Part shown: one piece after another, positions 8,813-14,400 of the stretch
Position numbering within the stretch: position 1 is the first letter of the stretch
How the letters are laid out: every line of letters starts with the position of its first letter
Assembly (NCBI GenBank): GCA_050293845.1
Contig: JBNKNM010000141.1
Span: 1-14,400, forward strand
Reading direction: 5' to 3'
DNA length: 14,400 nt
DNA from: Pseudobacteriovorax sp.
GTDB lineage: Bacteria > Bdellovibrionota_B > Oligoflexia > Oligoflexales > Oligoflexaceae
Position numbers and translations under genes: made by a program
Notes under the pieces: generated by a model
The model's database searches: none
What the model was told of the DNA's origin: nothing
Seen by the model: the letters and a program-made list of their open reading frames with translations, nothing else

Positions 8813-8839
8813 CTATCGGACTGCAATGAATCCACCCTG
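8813..8839 (-). promoter_or_regulatory. Weak candidate sigma-28 promoter upstream of the lipoprotein
   Basis: The minus strand reads CAGG-N15-TCCGATAG. The -10 core CCGATA is good, the -35 element is poor. It lies 45 nt before ATG 8767. Confidence 0.35.
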
Positions 8840-8994
8840 GAGCAAACTCGGATTCTAAGGTCTGATCTTATTTTTATATACACCTGGTGCAAATTAGATC
8901 TAACAGAAACTCTGTTTTATATATAAAATAAGCAAAGAGTATTATGAAATATCGCATCTGATAACAGTCTTGATTCATCGAAAAGGAGGTTTAT

Positions 8995-9204
8995 ATGCTT
9001 GGTGTAAGAATGGAATCCCGAAAATATCCTACCAGTTTTGGCAAACGCTATCACGGTCTTAAAAAATTAGGATCAAACGAATTTCCTAAAGTTCATCTAC
9101 GGTTAACCAATAGGTATCAAGGAAGGGCCTATTTCTTGAGACCATGGGGGAGTCGAAGCTTTTGTGGGACTCTTGTTAGCCGAAAAAAAACTTTGCTCCG
9201 ATAG
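8995..9204 (+). CDS. Small basic hypothetical protein (69 aa)
   Basis: Strong Shine-Dalgarno AAAGGAGGT directly upstream of the ATG. The ORF fills the gap without overlapping neighbours and stops 8 nt before the convergent MFS stop. No family recognised. Confidence 0.55.
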   Translation: MLGVRMESRKYPTSFGKRYHGLKKLGSNEFPKVHLRLTNRYQGRAYFLRPWGSRSFCGTLVSRKKTLLR

Positions 9205-9212
9205 CCTTGCTC

Positions 9213-10373
9213 TTACCTCAATAGAGGGCTAGGAGTCCCTAGAGGGTGCTTCCTAAAGAATATAACAACCAGAATAAAGGCTATACCCAATAAGGTTGGT
9301 GATAGGATAAATGCAGATCTTATTCCCATAAGGTCTGTTAGGCTACCCACTGTTAAGTGGATGATTCCGAGAACCAATTGTATGGAGGCAAATATCCAAA
9401 CGGTCATGTTTTTCCATTCAGCCGGATAAATTTTGGAAATCTGGGCCATGAAAAGTGGGAAAAATGGTCCTACAAAGCCTGCACCTGGTAGTAAGATGGG
9501 GTTCACAAAGATTGCCAGTAGAACGCACGATATACTTAAGACCATAGACAAAAGAATAACATTACGCTCCCAGTGGCTTGGTACAAATAGGGATGTCAAT
9601 AGCCGGGAACCAGCAATGATCAAGAAAAAGGTGCTGTTTAGTTGAGATGCTTGGACTGTACTAAAGTGAGCTGTCCGGACAAAAAAAGTAGACATCCACA
9701 TAGAGCTTATTACCTCTCCGCCAACGCAGATAGCAAAAAGACTGATCGGTAGTATCAGGCCGGGCTTAAAACCAGAGCCCGTAAGTTCGGGCTCCTTGTC
9801 ACTTTTCGGCTCTCCAGGTAAAAATTTTATAAATATTAAAAACAGTACAAGATTAAATCCACTGATGGCGGCGATTGCTGTCCACCAAGGTAGAGAGGCT
9901 TTAACCATAACTGAGAACATAAGGGGGGCTAGGAATGAGCCAATTCCATACATGACTTGCTGAATGGATAAGATGCGTCCCCGTTGTCGTATTGGTGATC
10001 CGATAATTGTTAGAATGCTGCAAATGCTGCCCATAAGGGAAACCCCTGAGCCCATAACCAAGCCTAATAACAACAGGCTTATAGATCCAGTTGTAAACGG
10101 TGCCATAAGCCCTGGAGTCGCACAGATCAAGCATATAGCTAAGGTGACAAGCCTCTCGTTGCTGCGCTTCAGTAAGGCCCCCATGAAAATCACGGCGGCA
10201 ATTGCTGTGAAGCAACCAATGGTCAGAAAATATCCTGCCATGCGGTAATCAATATTGAGTTCCTCTGTCATCACCGGGAGCAATGGACCGCGAATATTAT
10301 CTAAAAAAGAAACGGAGATTAGGGTGGAGAATCCAGCAAAGAGGTATGAGTACTTTATTTTGTCTTGGTTCAT
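9213..10373 (-). CDS. MFS transporter (TsgA/FucP-like)
   Basis: 386 aa with about 12 hydrophobic segments. Motifs GPLLPVMTEEL, P-x-x-RGR-x-x-S...YGIGSFLAP, VGGE...SSMWM and VGSLTDLMG. ATGA overlap with rlmI. Confidence 0.88.
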   Translation of the reverse strand: MNQDKIKYSYLFAGFSTLISVSFLDNIRGPLLPVMTEELNIDYRMAGYFLTIGCFTAIAAVIFMGALLKRSNERLVTLAICLICATPGLMAPFTTGSISLLLLGLVMGSGVSLMGSICSILTIIGSPIRQRGRILSIQQVMYGIGSFLAPLMFSVMVKASLPWWTAIAAISGFNLVLFLIFIKFLPGEPKSDKEPELTGSGFKPGLILPISLFAICVGGEVISSMWMSTFFVRTAHFSTVQASQLNSTFFLIIAGSRLLTSLFVPSHWERNVILLSMVLSISCVLLAIFVNPILLPGAGFVGPFFPLFMAQISKIYPAEWKNMTVWIFASIQLVLGIIHLTVGSLTDLMGIRSAFILSPTLLGIAFILVVIFFRKHPLGTPSPLLR

Positions 10374-11557
10374 GAAGAAATCTTTCGCAATAAAAATCCC
10401 TTTAAGTAAAGCGATTCTGGAAACGACAGGCGCGTGGGGTGATCTTCCGACTGAAAAAGATGCTTGACAATCTGCGCCTCACAATTTGCATCAATGGTTG
10501 AGCCAAACACAACTTTTTGAAAAAGATCCCGCGAGATCAAGCCAGAACATGAGAAAGTTGCCAATAATCCATTAGTTTCAAGAAGCTGCCAGGCGAGTAG
10601 ATTTAAATCCTTATAGCCCCGGCAGGCACTATTAAGGTTACGCTGTGAATTAGCAAATTTAGGGGGATCAAGGATAATCATGTCGAAGGTACGTCCTTCA
10701 TCTCTCAGTTGGCGTAAATATTTAAAAACATCCCCCTGTACATGGCTGATAATAGGGGAAACTTGGTTGAGTGAGGCATTACATTCAGAAACTCTTAATG
10801 CAGGCAGGCTTTCATCAACATTAATGATCTGTTTTGCCCCCCCTAATGCTGCCGCTACTGCAAAGCCCCCTGTAAAAGAAAAACAGTTGAGCACGGACTT
10901 ATCACGAGCGTATTGGCGGATGATGCTACGATTATTACGTTGGTCAATGTAAAATCCTGTCTTATGACCTGACCAAATATCAACCATGAGTCTCATACCA
11001 TTTTCTAGGATTTCAACTCCTTGATCGGGAACTTGCCCTTTAATCAGTTCACGGCGTAGCTTTAATCCCTCTTTTTTACGCACAGATTCATCTGACCTTT
11101 CGACGATGCCCACTGGACGCAAAAGGTTATCGATAATTTGAATAATGGTAGTGCGGTGCTTTTCCATACCAGCAGTTAAGATTTGCAGGGAAACCCAATC
11201 GCTATATTGGTCGATAACAAGACCAGGTAGCAGGTCGGCTTCATGGGCTACTAGGCGTATAGCATTAGTTGTGGAGCGATCTATGGAAGCACGCCTTTGT
11301 ATGCTCAAGCTAATGCGTCTTTCCAGAAAACTCTCGTCTATGGTGTCGTCAGGACACCAAGAGTATATTCTGACACGAATCTGTGAATCAGGATTATAAT
11401 ACCCTTTACCTAGAAACTGTTTCTTTGCACAAAGGACTTCGACCTCGTCAGATTTTTTAATATCTTTTGATGTTGTCTTTATGGCACCACTAAATATCCA
11501 AGGATGGTGATTTTTTATCGAGCGTTCTTTGCCAGGCTTCAAGATTACTTGTTTCAT
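10370..11557 (-). CDS. rlmI: 23S rRNA m5C1962 methyltransferase RlmI family
   Basis: PUA N-terminus HPWIFSGAI, EADLLPGLVIDQY, GHKTGFYIDQRNNR, SAM motif VLNCFSFTGGF, FDMIILDPPKFA, TFSCSG and DHP...PESLYLKG. Confidence 0.93.
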   Translation of the reverse strand: MKQVILKPGKERSIKNHHPWIFSGAIKTTSKDIKKSDEVEVLCAKKQFLGKGYYNPDSQIRVRIYSWCPDDTIDESFLERRISLSIQRRASIDRSTTNAIRLVAHEADLLPGLVIDQYSDWVSLQILTAGMEKHRTTIIQIIDNLLRPVGIVERSDESVRKKEGLKLRRELIKGQVPDQGVEILENGMRLMVDIWSGHKTGFYIDQRNNRSIIRQYARDKSVLNCFSFTGGFAVAAALGGAKQIINVDESLPALRVSECNASLNQVSPIISHVQGDVFKYLRQLRDEGRTFDMIILDPPKFANSQRNLNSACRGYKDLNLLAWQLLETNGLLATFSCSGLISRDLFQKVVFGSTIDANCEAQIVKHLFQSEDHPTRLSFPESLYLKGFLLRKISS

Positions 11558-11790
11558 GACTGGGGATTCCTATTTGTGCCTTAATCCATAGAAGTACACC
11601 GAAAAAACAGCATAGGACAAGAGGGGCGGATACTAACAGAAATATTGACCTAGGGAAATAGATTAAGGCGACGATGCTCAGAAAAAAAGTAACGAGGAAG
11701 TTTCTGAGATATTACTGGAATGATTTAGGTTTTTGCATAATATTAAAAGAGTACAGGGCTGAATAGCTGGGATTGTCTAATAATTGGTGA

Positions 11791-12219
11791 GTGTTTAGTG
11801 TGAGAGCAAAACTATTGTTTTTATGTACTGGTAATTCATGTCGTAGCCAAATGGGGGAGGCTTGGGTGAAAGCTCTGCGTTCCGAGGAATTTGAAGCTTT
11901 TTCTGCAGGGATCAGTACCCATGGTCTGAATCCTTATGCTGTTCAGGTTATGGAAGAAATTGGTATTGATATGTCCCAGGCAAGATCCAAAACCCTAGAA
12001 GAAATACCCATTGATGACATAGATATCTGTATAACTGTCTGTGATCATGCAAAAGAATCCTGCCCTATATTGCCCAGGAAGATTACTATGATTCATCATA
12101 GTTTCAAAGATCCTCCCACTGAGACCAAAAACAATACCGATGAAAACAAAAAATTGAAGGTGTACCGAGAGGTTCGCAATCAGATCAAGCAATTGGTTCT
12201 GGACTTAAATATTAAGTGA
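11791..12219 (+). CDS. arsC: Thioredoxin-coupled arsenate reductase (LMW-PTP fold)
   Basis: P-loop FLCTGNSCRSQMGEA, redox pair TVCDHAKESCP and FKDP motif. The start is GTG 11791 or GTG 11800. Confidence 0.87.
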   Translation: MFSVRAKLLFLCTGNSCRSQMGEAWVKALRSEEFEAFSAGISTHGLNPYAVQVMEEIGIDMSQARSKTLEEIPIDDIDICITVCDHAKESCPILPRKITMIHHSFKDPPTETKNNTDENKKLKVYREVRNQIKQLVLDLNIK

Positions 12220-13217
12220 AACATATGAAAGCATTAGTAACTGGTTCTACAGGTTTTCTTGGAAAAAACCTTGTGGAGGAACTATTAAAACAGGGATGGA
12301 CTGTTTGGGTTTTGCATCGTAAAAGCTCTGATACGAGGTTCTACGATAGATGGAATGTGGAGTTTGTAGAAGGTGATATAACAGATCCTGAGAGCCTCCA
12401 TTTTCCCCAGGTGGACTGTGTCTTTCATACAGCAGCTGATTCGACTCTTTGGCGCCAGCGCAATATACTACAAAATTTGATTAATATCGAAGGGACGCGG
12501 AATGTGGTCGCGGCTATAAAAAAATCGGGCATCAGTCGCCTCGTTCATACCTCCACAGCCTATGTTTGGGGGCTGCAAGGTAAAGTGATCAGTGAAGTAT
12601 CTGAGAAAATAGGTCATCAATCCCCCATTAATTTTATTAAATCCAAACTTTTTGCCGAGCAGGAGGCTCTCAGACTATTAGATTTAGGACTAGAGGTGGT
12701 CATCGTTAACCCCTGCCATATTATGGGACCTTATGATGAAAATAATTGGGCGCAGGTATTCCGCATGATTGCTGGCGAAACCCTACCAAGAGTTCCTCCA
12801 GGATTAGGTACTTTCTGCCATGTTCAGGAGGTTGCTAAAGCTCATATCAAAGCCTTTGAAAAGGGGCGGAGCGGCCAAAACTATATTCTCGGAGGGGAGC
12901 AGATTTCTTACTTTGATCTTGCTCAAAAAATGGCTGAAATGCTTCATGTCACGCCTCCTCGTACCATTTCCACGAAGCTATTGACTGCTATCGGTAGATT
13001 ACAAAGCCTGCTGTCTCGTATTTCACAGGTAGAACCAGTTATAACCTATGAAAAAGCTAGGTTTTTTTCTGCAGACCTGATCGTGGATGGGAGAAAAGCT
13101 GAAAATGAACTGATGTATCATGTGGTAAGTATCGATAAAATCCTTCAGGATTGTTGCCGATGGCTAGTAGATGAGCAGCTTTTGCAGGTTTACCGAAAGG
13201 TGGATGAGTACTCTTGA
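12216..13217 (+). CDS. Extended SDR / NAD-dependent epimerase-dehydratase (dihydroflavonol reductase/HpnA-like)
   Basis: VTGSTGFLG, VEGDITD, VFHTAA, NIEGTRNV, LVHTST, VIVNP and GRSGQNYILGG. The start is GTG 12216 (overlapping the arsC stop) or ATG 12225. Confidence 0.88.
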   Translation: MKHMKALVTGSTGFLGKNLVEELLKQGWTVWVLHRKSSDTRFYDRWNVEFVEGDITDPESLHFPQVDCVFHTAADSTLWRQRNILQNLINIEGTRNVVAAIKKSGISRLVHTSTAYVWGLQGKVISEVSEKIGHQSPINFIKSKLFAEQEALRLLDLGLEVVIVNPCHIMGPYDENNWAQVFRMIAGETLPRVPPGLGTFCHVQEVAKAHIKAFEKGRSGQNYILGGEQISYFDLAQKMAEMLHVTPPRTISTKLLTAIGRLQSLLSRISQVEPVITYEKARFFSADLIVDGRKAENELMYHVVSIDKILQDCCRWLVDEQLLQVYRKVDEYS

Positions 13218-13358
13218 ATGCTCCTCTCTAGCAAGTTTGGTTCGAGATCGTTTACTATTGATAATTATTGTGTAAAAGGGCTTATCCGTGGACACTACAG
13301 TAAATCCTCTATTATACCGAGGTTATAGGGAAGGGAACGACATAGGTGACGGGCAAAA

Positions 13359-14288
13359 ATGATTGATCCCAGTAAATCATGGGGTAGAAATTTCAATCAC
13401 CCTCCTAACGAAATTGTGATTATTAACTGGTTGAGTGAAGCGCGTGAACAGCGGCACTGGGATGGGTACAATCTAGCCTACGGGTATGGCCGAAGCTATG
13501 GTGACCTTTGCTTGAACGAAGGTGGCCGTATCTTTTTAATGAATCGGCTCAATCGCATTCAAAAATGGGACCCTGATACTGGGCTGATCAGGGTAGAAGC
13601 GGGGACTAGCCTAGCGCAGATACTAGACTTTATAGTCCCGAAAGGGTGGTTTCTACCCGTTACACCTGGAACCCGGTATGTTTCGGTAGGTGGAGCCATA
13701 GCCAATGATGTGCATGGAAAAAACCATCATCGCGTAGGCACAATTGGTCAGTATATCAAGTCGATTCAGCTGTTGAGATCCGATGGTCAGATTATTAACT
13801 GCAGCTCCCATGAAAACCAAGATTATTTAAATGCTACTATTGGTGGCTTGGGATTAACTGGCTTAATTTTAAGCGCCGAGATTCAACTAATCTTTGCTAG
13901 TCCTGTCATTGCTGTTGAAACCATCCCATTTCAAGGAATAGACGAGTTTACAAGCCTTAGCAGGGAATCTCAAGAATACGAATACTCTGTGGCATGGATT
14001 GATTGCGTCAATGCTTGGAATCCTTGGGGGCGTGGATTATTTATGAGAGGAAACCATTCACCGGAAGGTATTTCTGTTAAAACACCATCAAATTATTCCA
14101 TGCCATTTGAAGCACCCAAATGGTTGCTGAACCGCTTTACTTGTAAAGCATTTAACGAAGTTTATTACAGGGTCAAGAGAAATAAAGTTAACTCCCATCT
14201 TGTTGGGTACGAGTCTTTCTTTTATCCCCTAGACAGGGTTTACGCATGGAATAAAATGTATGGTTCCAAACCTGGGCTGCATTATTGA
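13359..14288 (+). CDS. FAD-binding oxidoreductase (DprE1-like), 3'-truncated at about 14270
   Basis: [53 protein letters not shown] and FFYPLD...WNKMYG. The family normally continues G-F-x-Q-Y-Q for well over 100 more residues; here it ends PGLHY*. Confidence 0.85.
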   Translation: MIDPSKSWGRNFNHPPNEIVIINWLSEAREQRHWDGYNLAYGYGRSYGDLCLNEGGRIFLMNRLNRIQKWDPDTGLIRVEAGTSLAQILDFIVPKGWFLPVTPGTRYVSVGGAIANDVHGKNHHRVGTIGQYIKSIQLLRSDGQIINCSSHENQDYLNATIGGLGLTGLILSAEIQLIFASPVIAVETIPFQGIDEFTSLSRESQEYEYSVAWIDCVNAWNPWGRGLFMRGNHSPEGISVKTPSNYSMPFEAPKWLLNRFTCKAFNEVYYRVKRNKVNSHLVGYESFFYPLDRVYAWNKMYGSKPGLHY

Positions 14289-14400
14289 ATATTCCACCAC
14301 TGGTTTTTTTAATCACTTCTTCCAGAGAAGCATTTTCAAATTCAGTTCCTGCACTTAAGTTGTTCAGGTTATTTACATAAGCCTGATGATGCTTGCCATA
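14251..14400 (-). pseudogene. sodB: Fe-type superoxide dismutase N-terminal-domain fragment (runs off the window end; broken at about 14250)
   Basis: Manual translation from 14400 gives [50 protein letters not shown], then unrelated [20 protein letters not shown] (stop 14190-14188). GKHH..YV and [13 protein letters not shown] are Fe-SOD hallmarks. Confidence 0.93.

Noticed and set aside
8838..8870. GCAAA...TCTAAGG resembling part of a c-di-GMP-I riboswitch
   Set aside because: The GGCAAAC-stem-GNRA first hairpin and the closing pairing are absent.
860..12192. Short alternative-frame and antisense ORFs (e.g. 860-1102, 946-1155, 3748-4131, 4076-4396, 7253-7669, 8346-8681, 9901-10215, 10680-10952, 11995-12192)
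   Set aside because: They overlap well-supported genes and show no motifs; they are shadow ORFs.
2093..12219. DUF547 plus arsC as an arsenic-metabolism cluster
   Set aside because: They are about 9 kb apart with unrelated genes between, and there is no arsM, radical SAM or glycosyltransferase gene.
14250..14288. Genuine overlapping convergent genes (short oxidase plus short SOD)
   Set aside because: Both proteins would lack essential C-terminal regions, so a breakpoint explains the pattern better.
1..14400. CRISPR arrays, tRNA/rRNA, transposases, integrases, prophage or defence genes
   Set aside because: No regularly spaced repeats or diagnostic motifs were seen by eye. A covariance-model scan was not possible.

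Overview
Bacterial chromosomal window, roughly 40% GC by eye, densely packed with housekeeping and signalling genes. In order: SDR plus M20 amidohydrolase, a DUF547-like secreted protein, a cytoplasmic PAS-histidine kinase, a stand-alone AraC HTH protein, a PilZ protein, a DCC-like thiol oxidoreductase, an MltB-type lytic transglycosylase, a REC-histidine kinase hybrid, a TPR lipoprotein, an orphan basic small ORF, an MFS transporter, rlmI, arsC, an extended SDR and a DprE1-like FAD oxidase. The gene style is compatible with Bdellovibrionota/Oligoflexia, but that is only an impression. I see no rRNA, tRNA, CRISPR array or mobile element, and no clearly novel multi-gene system. Four signals stand out. 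(1) At about 14250-14270 the FAD oxidase is cut short and joined tail-to-tail to an opposite-strand Fe-SOD (sodB) fragment missed by the ORF track, through about 21 nt that read correctly for both genes; this is probably a chimera or a microhomology rearrangement. (2) Three sigma-28/FliA-like promoters with exact 15-nt spacing precede the PAS kinase, the PilZ gene and the lipoprotein, which has a FlgT-C-like tail. (3) An unrecognised, very basic 69-aa ORF has a perfect Shine-Dalgarno and a palindrome-rich upstream region. (4) The extended SDR has Phe in place of its catalytic Tyr.
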